Positions 39,764 to 48,555 of a stretch of DNA of 64,000 bases are shown in pieces (within the stretch, counting starts at the first letter, position 1; each line of letters opens with the position of its first letter). This DNA is from an uncultured Bacteroidaceae bacterium (GTDB lineage: Bacteria > Bacteroidota > Bacteroidia > Bacteroidales > Bacteroidaceae). The position numbers were made by a program, and so were the translations under genes. A model generated the notes under the pieces. That model was not told where the DNA came from. It ran no database searches and saw only the letters and a program-made list of their open reading frames with translations. Location of the stretch: the NCBI GenBank assembly GCA_944321635.1, contig CALULY010000003.1, forward strand, positions 14,399-78,398. The letters are read 5' to 3'.

Positions 39764-42319
39764 TCAGATTTTCACCTTCATGGATTTGCCGTTGAGCGTC
39801 ACGACATATATTCCTTTTTCAAGAGGGATTGAGACATCCCCGTCGATTCGCCTGTTGTATATGCACAATCCATCTATCGTGCTCACGACGGCAACGCACC
39901 CCATTGACGGACAAATCTGCAATTGCCCCTCTGTGACCTTGACCATAACTTCTACTTCTTCAGAGTTCACCGACAATGACATATTGACAGTCACCGCATC
40001 AGATGCCTCCGACTCGATTCCGCCTGCGACAGCTTTGACCGTATAGGCATAGTCGTGCGACTTGTCAAGCCCCGTAACTCGATAGTAATTGTCAAAAATA
40101 TCCGTATAGACCTGCGACGTTTCCGCCAACGGTGCTCGTGCTGCTGACGAACCAGCAGAAATGTTGTCTATGATGGCCCTCTTTGACAATGTGCCTATCT
40201 CGAAACACAACGGCCGTCCTCCGTCATTGTAATGCAGCGTGCAAACCTCGACATCAGCCGTGAGGGGGAACTCTTCGTAGGCTAACCACTCACCTCCTTC
40301 GCCTGTCTCCGTTTTCTCCCCTACACCTATATATAATGTGGACTTATCCGCATTGCCCGACGCTGTGACATAAGCCCTTGCTTCGACCGAGATGGCAAAG
40401 TCTTTCGGCAAGGTCAGTTCTGGCGAGACCAGATAACCTGTCGCAGAAGAAGTGCCCAACTTGCATTTTCCACCGGCCTGATACACTTTGCTGCCCCTCC
40501 AGCCTGCTTCACCCATGTAATCATCAAGGCGTGAAGACACGTCAGAGTTGGAAGGGCTGTCCTCGCTGCCACCAGTGAATTTTGAAAAATCTTCAAATAT
40601 GCCCGCCCCGGGGTTAGGGTTCACGCCCTCATCGGTCACAGTCAGGACGTATGACTCTGCGTTTGTGACACGCTCCCAATTGGCCGTAAAGGCATCACCA
40701 GTGACATCTGTCGCCGGCAAAGCCACTGGTTTAGACAAAGAGAGTTCATTGTAAGTGAAATACACTACTCCGCCGGCCTCCCTAATGTTCGTCACTGGAC
40801 GGTTTGTATAAGTCCCATCCTTGAATTGCGCGGCAGGAACACTCTGGTCTGTAAACGAGTTGTTGTCGGCAGTGGGGTAAAGTTGATGTTCATCCGTCAG
40901 GGACGAATAGCTGTTGTTCGCCGGGACAATGATCGCCCCCTCGTCCTCATAATAGGAATTTATCACATTTGCTTCCCAATCCTCGGCATCATAGTCGATG
41001 TGGCTTATGAGCATCCCGCTGGCAGGCAGGGCCGAATCCCACCCGGTCTGCTGTCTGTTCTCCAAAACGAAGAACTCATCACGGTTGTTTGGATTGTAGA
41101 TTGCATAAGCCTCATTCTTGACATTGATGTCGGTCAATGTAAGGTTCTCATGGTACTCGTCACCCAACTCGGTCGGGTCAAGCCACCCTATGACCATCCG
41201 TTCGTAAGCCGTATAGGAACATGGGGTATATCCCGAGTTGTTGTAGCAGCCCACATCCATGACACTGTAACTGCCATAGCCGCGACCACTCCCGCCAGTC
41301 GATCCATTGGTGTCATACAGGTCCATCAGCCCCAGGCAATGCGAGAACTCATGGCAAAAGACGCCGATGCCGGCAGTGCTCACGGGGGAAGTCTGCTCGT
41401 TGCCCCGCAGCTCGCACGAGCAGGCATAAGGTCCGACAATCTTGCCGTCCCTCATGACAGGGTTGTCAAAATAATAGCGCAAGTCCGAAGCGTGAGGCCA
41501 GATGGTGCCGCTGTCCGCCCCGCTGTTTTCACCGTAGCCGGCATACATGATGAACACGAGATCGATAACACCGTCATCATTGAGGTCATACTGGCTGAAA
41601 TCCACCTCATCATCGAGGAGCATACAAGCCTCATTTACCATCAGATCAGCATTCATGTCGTCTCCGCTCCAGGCATCGTTGCGCCCATAGAAGCTGTACC
41701 CATTAGACAAAGTGACAGGACCGTAGACATCAAAATGCGGTTGGAACTGGCCATGCGACTGGGCATTAAAGTAATCGTAGGCACTTCCATAGGACTCTCC
41801 TTCATAATTCTCCTCATTGAGCATCTTGTCAAAACGTGCATTGTCGTTGCCAGCCTCAAACTTTCTGTCCTTGAACTCAACGAGGATCACAAGCCCCTTC
41901 ACTTCGCCCTTGTTGGGGAAGGCGGGAATTTTGCTAACCGACTTGCCGGCCAACGATTCATTCCTCCTGGCCTTTTGCCGCGCTGCGGCTTGCGTGGCGA
42001 TGCCCGATGACCTGAGTTCCTCGACAAACGCCCGTTCGCCATCGCTGCGCGACTGCGGGTTGCGAGCCTGAATGCTGCTTAACACGGGTTCGTTCCCACT
42101 ATACATTATTATATATCTATAAGAGCCGTTGCCGTCCTCCTTGACTGGCAGTCCGTCAATCGTGCTGTGCCAATGCGAATGTTCATCACCTCTCAACACC
42201 AATGTCAGTTTGCTGCCATCGGGTTGAATCACTGTAAAAGGTGTCTTGTCCGCAGGGACTGCGCCGGCAAACGCGGCGAACAGCAATGCCGCGATGAATG
42301 TCTGTGCTCTTTTCATCAT
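39764..42319 (-). CDS. M6-family (immune inhibitor A-like) metalloprotease with T9SS C-terminal domain
   Basis: Signal peptide, HEFSHCLGLMDLYD zinc motif. The C-terminus (KGIYVVTLNGKSMKVKI) resembles a T9SS CTD. Confidence 0.85.
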   Translation of the reverse strand: MMKRAQTFIAALLFAAFAGAVPADKTPFTVIQPDGSKLTLVLRGDEHSHWHSTIDGLPVKEDGNGSYRYIIMYSGNEPVLSSIQARNPQSRSDGERAFVEELRSSGIATQAAARQKARRNESLAGKSVSKIPAFPNKGEVKGLVILVEFKDRKFEAGNDNARFDKMLNEENYEGESYGSAYDYFNAQSHGQFQPHFDVYGPVTLSNGYSFYGRNDAWSGDDMNADLMVNEACMLLDDEVDFSQYDLNDDGVIDLVFIMYAGYGENSGADSGTIWPHASDLRYYFDNPVMRDGKIVGPYACSCELRGNEQTSPVSTAGIGVFCHEFSHCLGLMDLYDTNGSTGGSGRGYGSYSVMDVGCYNNSGYTPCSYTAYERMVIGWLDPTELGDEYHENLTLTDINVKNEAYAIYNPNNRDEFFVLENRQQTGWDSALPASGMLISHIDYDAEDWEANVINSYYEDEGAIIVPANNSYSSLTDEHQLYPTADNNSFTDQSVPAAQFKDGTYTNRPVTNIREAGGVVYFTYNELSLSKPVALPATDVTGDAFTANWERVTNAESYVLTVTDEGVNPNPGAGIFEDFSKFTGGSEDSPSNSDVSSRLDDYMGEAGWRGSKVYQAGGKCKLGTSSATGYLVSPELTLPKDFAISVEARAYVTASGNADKSTLYIGVGEKTETGEGGEWLAYEEFPLTADVEVCTLHYNDGGRPLCFEIGTLSKRAIIDNISAGSSAARAPLAETSQVYTDIFDNYYRVTGLDKSHDYAYTVKAVAGGIESEASDAVTVNMSLSVNSEEVEVMVKVTEGQLQICPSMGCVAVVSTIDGLCIYNRRIDGDVSIPLEKGIYVVTLNGKSMKVKI

Positions 42320-42460
42320 AACTGTTTTTTATTACACACTTACGTGCGACACTTTGCAAATTAAGCTAAAAAACAAGGAACTGGCAAAAGGGGCGCAAGC
42401 CGTGCTCCCGTCGGCAAGAAAGGCTGCAACCAGCTCGTTCCCCGTGCGGCGTTGCCAGGT

Positions 42461-42660
42461 TTAACCCCAATCGTCATTAGACTTTGGCTGGATTCCCGCT
42501 AATGTTAGGCGTATTGTCTCTCGGCTTTGCCGACGGCTTAGCGGGCTAAGGCGAGGCAAAGACATGGGCAAGACGCCAACAGAAGCGGGCAAGACCGCCG
42601 AAGAGCAATGCTCCAATGAGAAATCCGCTTCCTGCGTTCTAATGACCGATTGGGGGTTAA
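42461..42660. ncRNA. Candidate 200-nt rod-like structured element (6S-like RNA or MITE); strand undetermined
   Basis: TTAACCCCAATCGTCATTAGA (42461-42481) pairs with TCTAATGACCGATTGGGGGTTAA (42638-42660). Further interior helices: ATTG/CTCT/CGGC with GCCG/AGAG/CAAT, and TTGCC with GGCAA. No coding potential. Confidence 0.35.
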
Positions 42661-42696
42661 CATCCGTTGCATTTGGAAAAACGACGCCAACCATCC

Positions 42697-42704
42697 TATT
42701 TTTG
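42697..42704 (+). promoter_or_regulatory. -7 box TATTTTTG upstream of recF
   Basis: TAnnTTTG match 21 nt upstream of the ATG at 42726, downstream of the rod-like element. Confidence 0.4.
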
Positions 42705-42725
42705 CACCCGACAATCCAGCACGCA

Positions 42726-43823
42726 ATGATAATCAAAAGGCTGTCAATACTCAACTTCAAGAACATAGGCACGGCGGACTTGACGTTCTCGCCCAAGTTG
42801 AATTGCCTCTTCGGCCTCAACGGCATGGGCAAGACAAACCTGCTCGATGCCATCTACTACCTCTCATTCTGCAAAAGCTCGATAAACCACATCGACAGCC
42901 AGAACATCAAGCACGACGCGGACTTCTTCATGATCGACGGCACATACGACGACGGAGGCAACGAGTCGGATGTCTACTGCGGGTTGAAGAAGAGGCACAA
43001 GAAAATCTTCAAACGCAACGGCAAGGAGTACAAGAAATTTTCCGAACACATCGGGCAGATTCCCCTCGTGATAATCTCCCCCGCAGACGGGATGCTCATC
43101 GCCGGAGGCAGCGAGGAGCGGAGACGTTTCATCGACATGGTGATTTCGCAGCACGACAAGCAGTATCTCAACGCCCTCATCCGATACGAGAAAGCACTCA
43201 TGCAACGCAACGCCATGCTCAAGGCGGACGTCCAGGCGGGAGATGCCGACTATGAGATCTGGGAAGAGATGATGGCCATCTACGGCAAGGCCATCAGCGA
43301 CAAACGCTCGGCATTCATCGACGAATTCATCGGCTATTTCAACGAGCTTTACAGCTACATCTCGTCGGACAACGAGGCGGTCTCGCTCAACTACACCTCA
43401 CACTGCCTGGAGGGGGACCTCAGGCAACAGCTCGCGGACACGAGGGAAAGGGACAAGTTGATAGGCTTCACCACACGCGGCACGCACCGCGACGACCTTG
43501 AGATGCTGCTGGGCGGCTACCCCATCAGGAAGGAAGGCTCGCAGGGGCAGAACAAGACGTTCATCATAGCGTTGAAACTCGCCCAATACACCTACCTCGA
43601 CCGCAAAGGGCTGACCAGGCCGCTGCTGCTGCTCGACGACATCTTTGACAGGCTGGACGGCACGAGAGTCGAAAAGATCGTGCGCCTCGTCGCCGGCGAC
43701 GCTTTCGGGCAAATCTTCATCACCGACACCGACAGGAGGAGGTTTGACCCCATCCTCGACAAGTTGGACAAAGGCTACAAGATCTTCAACGTCAATCAAG
43801 GAGACATAACGCCAGAGGAGTGA
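42726..43823 (+). CDS. recF: DNA replication and repair protein RecF
   Basis: MIIKRLSILNFKN...GLNGMGKTNLLDAIYYL Walker A and LLLDDIFDRLD Walker B. Start trimmed to the ATG at 42726. Confidence 0.9.
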   Translation: MIIKRLSILNFKNIGTADLTFSPKLNCLFGLNGMGKTNLLDAIYYLSFCKSSINHIDSQNIKHDADFFMIDGTYDDGGNESDVYCGLKKRHKKIFKRNGKEYKKFSEHIGQIPLVIISPADGMLIAGGSEERRRFIDMVISQHDKQYLNALIRYEKALMQRNAMLKADVQAGDADYEIWEEMMAIYGKAISDKRSAFIDEFIGYFNELYSYISSDNEAVSLNYTSHCLEGDLRQQLADTRERDKLIGFTTRGTHRDDLEMLLGGYPIRKEGSQGQNKTFIIALKLAQYTYLDRKGLTRPLLLLDDIFDRLDGTRVEKIVRLVAGDAFGQIFITDTDRRRFDPILDKLDKGYKIFNVNQGDITPEE

Positions 43824-43829
43824 CGAGAC

Positions 43830-44117
43830 ATGGGCAAAGAGGCGCAATCGATAGGTGACGCACTGCGCAGGTTCCTGCGCCAGGAGGGACTTGAGACACC
43901 GCTCAACGAGCACAGGCTCATCGCGGCGTGGCCCGAGGTCGTGAGCAAGACCGTTGCCGACAGGAGCAAGGCCGTGTGCATCAAGGGGCGCGTGCTGCAC
44001 GTGCAAGTGACATCCGCTCCGCTCAGGGAGTCGCTCGTCTACAACCGCCGGCTGCTCACCGACAGGCTCAATGCCGCCGTCGGGGCACACGTCATCGACG
44101 ACATCACATTCCATTGA
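43830..44117 (+). CDS. DUF721 domain protein (recF-associated)
   Basis: 95 aa. WPEVV motif, in the conserved position directly after recF. Confidence 0.75.
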   Translation: MGKEAQSIGDALRRFLRQEGLETPLNEHRLIAAWPEVVSKTVADRSKAVCIKGRVLHVQVTSAPLRESLVYNRRLLTDRLNAAVGAHVIDDITFH

Positions 44118-44208
44118 GAGGGGCGGCTGGCTGCAAGCCACGATACGCCAACTCAAGCACACGTGCGGCACAGGCACTTTGTCCCGGCCGGAGACACACC
44201 GTGTTTTT

Positions 44209-44278
44209 GGCATTAGCTTACAATGATTTCAGCATTAGCATACGATGATTTTGACCAAAGCATACGATGATTTTCATC
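44209..44278 (+). repeat. F3 repeat array (three direct 22-bp units)
   Basis: GGCATTAGCTTACAATGATTTCA GCATTAGCATACGATGATTTTGA CCAAAGCATACGATGATTTTCATC. Core motifs start at 44217, 44239 and 44261. Confidence 0.9.
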
Positions 44279-44346
44279 GACACGATGCGCGCCTTCCGGC
44301 GGCCGGGCAAGGCATTCTCAAGGCACTCCGGGAAGCAGGCGCGGCA

Positions 44347-44423
44347 GGGTGCTTTGTTAGTAGCTATAACAAGGGTTGTTATAGACAATAACAAGGTTTG
44401 TTAGTCGCTATAACAAAAGACCC
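44347..44423 (-). repeat. F2 repeat array (inverted relative to 31607)
   Basis: GGGTGCTTTGTTAGTAGCTATAACAAGGG TTGTTATAGACAATAACAAGG TTTGTTAGTCGCTATAACAAAAGACCC. Confidence 0.9.
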
Positions 44424-44556
44424 TTTCTGCCGACACACAAGATGCTCCCGCAACAACCATGCTGCAAATGCCGCGACATCCCCGAGCCATTTGCCGGGCA
44501 ATGCTTGTCCGCTATGGCGATTGGATTATATTTGCAAACGGACACAACAACGACTT

Positions 44557-44808
44557 ATGATGAATTTCAGACCGGCCACGCTGCTGCTGGCCACCATGTT
44601 CGCGCTGCACGCCACTGGAGTTTGCGCACAGCGCAAACAGTTCCCCATCAATGACAACTGGGCATTCCACTTCGGGCATGATGTCGAGAGGCTCGATGTC
44701 CGCCGAGTTGACCTGCCGCACACTTGGAATGCGCAGGACGCGCTGGCAGGACGCATCGATTACAAGCGTGGCATAGGCAACTATGAAAAGGTGCTGCACG
44801 TCAGATGA
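44557..44808 (+). pseudogene. Remnant of a glycoside hydrolase family 2-like gene (signal peptide + first ~60 aa of the sugar-binding domain)
   Basis: MMNFRPATLLLATMFALHATGVCAQ signal peptide, then FPINDNWAFHFG...RRVDLPHTWNAQD...GIGNYEK, which resembles a GH2 N-terminus. A stop follows after 83 codons, and the udk promoter and gene come next. Confidence 0.6.
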
Positions 44809-44837
44809 ATCTATGCTGCTGTTTCGGCATTAAATGC

Positions 44838-44845
44838 TAACTTTG
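44838..44845 (+). promoter_or_regulatory. -7 box TAACTTTG upstream of udk
   Basis: Exact TAnnTTTG match 25 nt upstream of the ATG at 44871. Confidence 0.5.
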
Positions 44846-44870
44846 TGAACAAACATTAATTGATGACACC

Positions 44871-45488
44871 ATGCTCATAATAGGAATCGCCGGAGGCACC
44901 GGTTCAGGCAAAACGACCGTAGTCAAAAACCTTGTGGAAAAACTGCCAGCCGGCGAAGTCGTCGTGCTGCCGCAAGACTCCTACTACAAAGACAGCAGCA
45001 ACGTGCCGCCAGAGAAGAGGCAAAGCATAAACTTCGACCACCCCAATGCCTTTGACTGGGATTTGCTGTACGACCAACTGGCCTTGCTCAAGGAGCGGAA
45101 AGCGATAGAGCAACCCGTCTATTCGTTCCTCACCTGCACCCGCCAGAGCGAGACAATCCACATCGAGCCCAAAGAGGTCATAATCATCGAGGGAATACTC
45201 GCCTTGAGCGACGAGCGGCTGCGCGCCATCATGGATCTGAAGGTGTTTGTCGATGCCGACTCCGACGAGAGGTTGATACGTGTGATCCAAAGGGATGTCA
45301 TCGAGAGGGGCAGGACGGCCGAGGCGGTCATGGAACGCTACACCCGCGTGCTCAAGCCCATGCACCTGCAATTCATCGAGCCGACAAAACGCTACGCCGA
45401 CCTGATCATCCCTGAGGGCGGCAACAACAAGGTGGCAGTTGACATCCTCTGCCAATACATTGAGAGGAACATGATGCCCGGGCAATGA
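44871..45488 (+). CDS. udk: Uridine kinase
   Basis: IGIAGGTGSGKTT P-loop. 205 aa. Confidence 0.9.
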   Translation: MLIIGIAGGTGSGKTTVVKNLVEKLPAGEVVVLPQDSYYKDSSNVPPEKRQSINFDHPNAFDWDLLYDQLALLKERKAIEQPVYSFLTCTRQSETIHIEPKEVIIIEGILALSDERLRAIMDLKVFVDADSDERLIRVIQRDVIERGRTAEAVMERYTRVLKPMHLQFIEPTKRYADLIIPEGGNNKVAVDILCQYIERNMMPGQ

Positions 45489-46810
45489 TGAAGACCTGCG
45501 CCTTGCTCCTGTCTGCCGCAATGGTGCTGCTCATCGCATCATGCGGCAAGGACAAAAAGGCAAAAGGGGAAACGACGCAAAAAAACGATTCGACCCTGAC
45601 GGCCGTCACACTCGCGCCGCCAGGATTCGTGGACAGCATCGGGGCGGCAGGGTGCGACTACCACCGCGATTTGCTCGCAAGCTTCGCGGTGGAACAAGGC
45701 TTGCCTATCAAAATGATCGAGACCTCATCGGTCGATTCCATCTACTATTTCCTGGACAACGGGGTTTGCCAGCTTGCGGCATACGACATCCTGCCGCACA
45801 CAGGCTACCATGCTTGCGGCGACAGCATCTTTTCCTCGCTTGTCATCGTCAGCCAAAAGGAGCAAAAAGATGCCGAGACGGCTGGCTGGCTGGAGGGGAA
45901 AACGGTGCACTACTTATATGAGACCCATCGTCAAAGGCTGGAAGCCTACCGCGAAGAAACAGGGCAAGACTTCAGGCCAATGCGATTTGAGGGCAGCATT
46001 GACAACGCTTTCGCAGCTATCAACAGAGGGGACATCGAGTTGCTCGCCTGCTATGACTTCATGGCCATCCCTTACCTATATATATATCCAAGACTTGAGA
46101 TGCCGGCCAAGGTGTCTTTCCCGTTCAACATGGCATGGTGTGCGACAGATGATTCGCTGGCAAGCAAGATAGACCGCTGGTTTGAGGGAAAAAGGAACAG
46201 GACCACACGCACGGAATGCCTTTACGGCTGCATGGCCCACTCTGGAAAGAGCGACTTCAGGCTGATCGACAAGCGCACGGGCAGAGTGTCGCCCTACGAC
46301 CACCTGTTCAAAAGATACGCAAAGAGCATTGGCTGGGACTGGAGGCTGCTTGCTGCCCTCGCCCACTCAGAATCAAACTTCGACCCAGAGCAAGTGTCGC
46401 ACTCGGGGGCAATAGGGCTGATGCAGCTGATGCCCGTCACCGCAAAAGCGCATGGCTATAAAAAAGAAGACCTCTTCAAACCCGAGCAAAACTTGCATAT
46501 TGCCTCGTTGTACATACTCACTCTGCAAAAGTACTTTTCCAAGATACCCACCAGCGAAAGACCTAAATTCATCCTTGGGGCATACAATTCCGGCATCGGG
46601 CACATACGTGATGCCATGGCTTTGGCAGAGAAACATGGGGGGAATCCTTCGTCATGGGATGATGTCATAAAGTACCTGATGCTCAAGGACGATGAACGCT
46701 ACTACAACGACCCCGTATGCAAACATGGCAGCTTTAACGGGAATGAAACATATAAACTGGTAAAAAAAACCTTAACCACCTATGATTTTTATCTGAACAG
46801 CATCCAATGA
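45485..46810 (+). CDS. MltF-like lytic transglycosylase lipoprotein (solute-binding-like N domain + SLT domain)
   Basis: Lipobox LIASC and the SLT catalytic motif AHSESNFDPEQVSHSGAIGLMQLMP. Confidence 0.8.
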   Translation: MMKTCALLLSAAMVLLIASCGKDKKAKGETTQKNDSTLTAVTLAPPGFVDSIGAAGCDYHRDLLASFAVEQGLPIKMIETSSVDSIYYFLDNGVCQLAAYDILPHTGYHACGDSIFSSLVIVSQKEQKDAETAGWLEGKTVHYLYETHRQRLEAYREETGQDFRPMRFEGSIDNAFAAINRGDIELLACYDFMAIPYLYIYPRLEMPAKVSFPFNMAWCATDDSLASKIDRWFEGKRNRTTRTECLYGCMAHSGKSDFRLIDKRTGRVSPYDHLFKRYAKSIGWDWRLLAALAHSESNFDPEQVSHSGAIGLMQLMPVTAKAHGYKKEDLFKPEQNLHIASLYILTLQKYFSKIPTSERPKFILGAYNSGIGHIRDAMALAEKHGGNPSSWDDVIKYLMLKDDERYYNDPVCKHGSFNGNETYKLVKKTLTTYDFYLNSIQ

Positions 46811-46823
46811 CAAGAAAAAGTAC

Positions 46824-46831
46824 TATGTTTG
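46824..46831 (+). promoter_or_regulatory. -7 box TATGTTTG upstream of the OmpA-family gene
   Basis: Exact TAnnTTTG match 37 nt upstream of the ATG at 46869. Confidence 0.45.
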
Positions 46832-46868
46832 TGCAAAGTTTAGGGAGAAACTATTAAAACATAATTTT

Positions 46869-48050
46869 ATGAAAAGGATTTTACTCGCTTTGACAGCATT
46901 GTTGACCCTGACCGCCGCAAGCGCGCAGGAGTATGCTGTCAAGCAAAACAAATTTAAAGACAACTGGTTCCTTGAGGCCAAAGTCGGCGCCTCAATGTTC
47001 ATGGCATCAGATTGGAACTTTGATTCAGCCCTCAAGGACGTTACTACCCCGTACGTAGGTTTGTCATTCGGCAAATACTTCAGCCCACTGATCGGCGCAA
47101 GAATCGAAGTCGGTGCTTGGCAGTTGAAAAATAAATTCAACAGCAGCGCATACAACATCGAAAATCCACTGAAGGCAAACTTCATACAAACAAACTTCGA
47201 CTTGATGTTTAACCTCATGAACGCTTTCGGAAAGGTCAAAGTTGACAGGAAGTTTGACCTCTACGGCATACTTGGTATCGGCTACATGAGGCATTTGGGC
47301 TTTGTCAACGGCGTGGAGGACTATGCTCTGGCAAACAACGAGGTAGCTGGCAGCAAAAACTTTGTGAACACAAAGCTCGCGCTCCAAGGTCAGTTCCACG
47401 TTTCAAAGGCTGTTGACATCAATTTGGAGGTCTCTGGAAACTTCATCGACAACTCTTTCTTGCTCTCAAACAGGAAGTTCGCAGGCTATGTCAACGCGAT
47501 GGCAGGCGTAGCATACAAATTCAAGAAGCGTGGGTTTGAACTCGGAGAAGTTGTCGAGCCGGGTCTCGTCGCATCACTCAATGATGAGATTAACAAGCAA
47601 AGAGGTGTCATCGACGGCAACGAAAAAGAAATCAACGACCTAAAAAACCAAATTAAGGATTACAAGGACGAAAATGCAGCTCTCGCCCAGAAACTTGCAG
47701 AAAGTGAAAAGAACCAGGGCTCGAAACTCAAGAACGAAGTCGTCATCACTTACAGAATCGGCAAGACAGACGTCAGCAAGGAACAACTTGTCAGCCTGTA
47801 CAACGTGGCTCAGATGCTGAAAGAGAACCCGGAGACCAGCGTTGACATCAAGGCTTATGCCGACGCCAAGACTGGCAGTGCTAAGCGCAACAAGTACTTG
47901 ACAGAGAAACGTGCAGAAACAATCGTCAAGATCTTGACCGAGAACTATGGCATCGAGTCCAGCAGGATTACAAGCACAGCCTGCGGTTCTGACAGCCAAA
48001 TCTACGACAACAACGACTGGAACAGGGTCGCTGTCATCGTGGTCGAGTGA
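46869..48050 (+). CDS. OmpA family outer-membrane protein (beta-barrel + coiled-coil linker + OmpA C-terminal domain)
   Basis: Signal peptide and a C-terminal peptidoglycan-binding OmpA-like region (YADAKTGSAKRNKYLTEKRAETI...NRVAVIVVE). Confidence 0.85.
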   Translation: MKRILLALTALLTLTAASAQEYAVKQNKFKDNWFLEAKVGASMFMASDWNFDSALKDVTTPYVGLSFGKYFSPLIGARIEVGAWQLKNKFNSSAYNIENPLKANFIQTNFDLMFNLMNAFGKVKVDRKFDLYGILGIGYMRHLGFVNGVEDYALANNEVAGSKNFVNTKLALQGQFHVSKAVDINLEVSGNFIDNSFLLSNRKFAGYVNAMAGVAYKFKKRGFELGEVVEPGLVASLNDEINKQRGVIDGNEKEINDLKNQIKDYKDENAALAQKLAESEKNQGSKLKNEVVITYRIGKTDVSKEQLVSLYNVAQMLKENPETSVDIKAYADAKTGSAKRNKYLTEKRAETIVKILTENYGIESSRITSTACGSDSQIYDNNDWNRVAVIVVE

Positions 48051-48082
48051 GACACACTCCACTTAAAACCCTAAAACAAAGG

Positions 48083-48118
48083 CTGGGGGCATCCAAAACG
48101 GATGTCCCCAGTTTTTTT
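48083..48118 (+). terminator. Rho-independent terminator after the OmpA-family gene
   Basis: CTGGGGGCATCC / GGATGTCCCCAG stem followed by TTTTTTT. Confidence 0.85.
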
Positions 48119-48200
48119 ACACCAAACGGCAGAACAAGGTACTTGCCGACATCCAGTCAAATGATCCCAACACGACACTCATGAGACACAGACGTTGGAA

Positions 48201-48285
48201 GAAATCATAGTATGCAAGCAGCAAAAACATTGTATGTTTGCGGGCGAAACATTGCATGGCACATGGTAAAACATCGTATGCTAAC
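48201..48285 (-). repeat. F3 repeat array (four units, inverted orientation)
   Basis: GAAATCATAGTATGC, AAAACATTGTATG, GAAACATTGCATGGC and AAAACATCGTATGCTAAC. Confidence 0.85.
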
Positions 48286-48413
48286 GACCAGACATCAGAC
48301 CTCATGAAGAATTGACCGCTGCAAATGTGGCAAGACAGCCCACACCATAGATGACACGCACGATGCCGTGTCACTCAAGAAGCGGCAATCCTGGCTGCCG
48401 CTGCGAAAGGAAT

Positions 48414-48462
48414 GGAAAAGAAAAGCGGTGAAAGCCTTTATTGCAAAAGACTTTCACCGCTT
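48414..48462 (-). terminator. Rho-independent terminator after the tRNA-Arg pair
   Basis: Perfect 12-bp stem AAGCGGTGAAAG / CTTTCACCGCTT, followed on the minus strand by TTTCTTTTCC. Confidence 0.8.
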
Positions 48463-48463
48463 G

Positions 48464-48537
48464 TGACTCCGACAGGATTCAAACCTGTAACCTTCTGATC
48501 CGTAGTCAGATGCTCTATTCAGTTAAGCTACGGAGCC
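48464..48537 (-). tRNA. tRNA-Arg (anticodon ACG), copy 1
   Basis: Folded by hand into a 74-nt cloverleaf: acceptor GGCTCCG/CGGAGTC, anticodon stem TCTGA/TCAGA, loop CTACGGA. Confidence 0.9.
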
Positions 48538-48555
48538 TCCTTTTTGATTAAAGAG

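Noticed and set aside
42320-42725. tmRNA, RNase P RNA or a riboswitch in the protease-recF gap. smpB is in the window, which prompted the tmRNA check.
   Set aside because: There is no tRNA-like GGGG...CCACCA termini or tag reading frame for tmRNA. There is no GAGGAAAGTCC-type P4 motif for RNase P. The recF -7 box lies downstream of the structure, so a cis-acting leader is unlikely. The 6S-like/MITE alternatives are retained as a finding.
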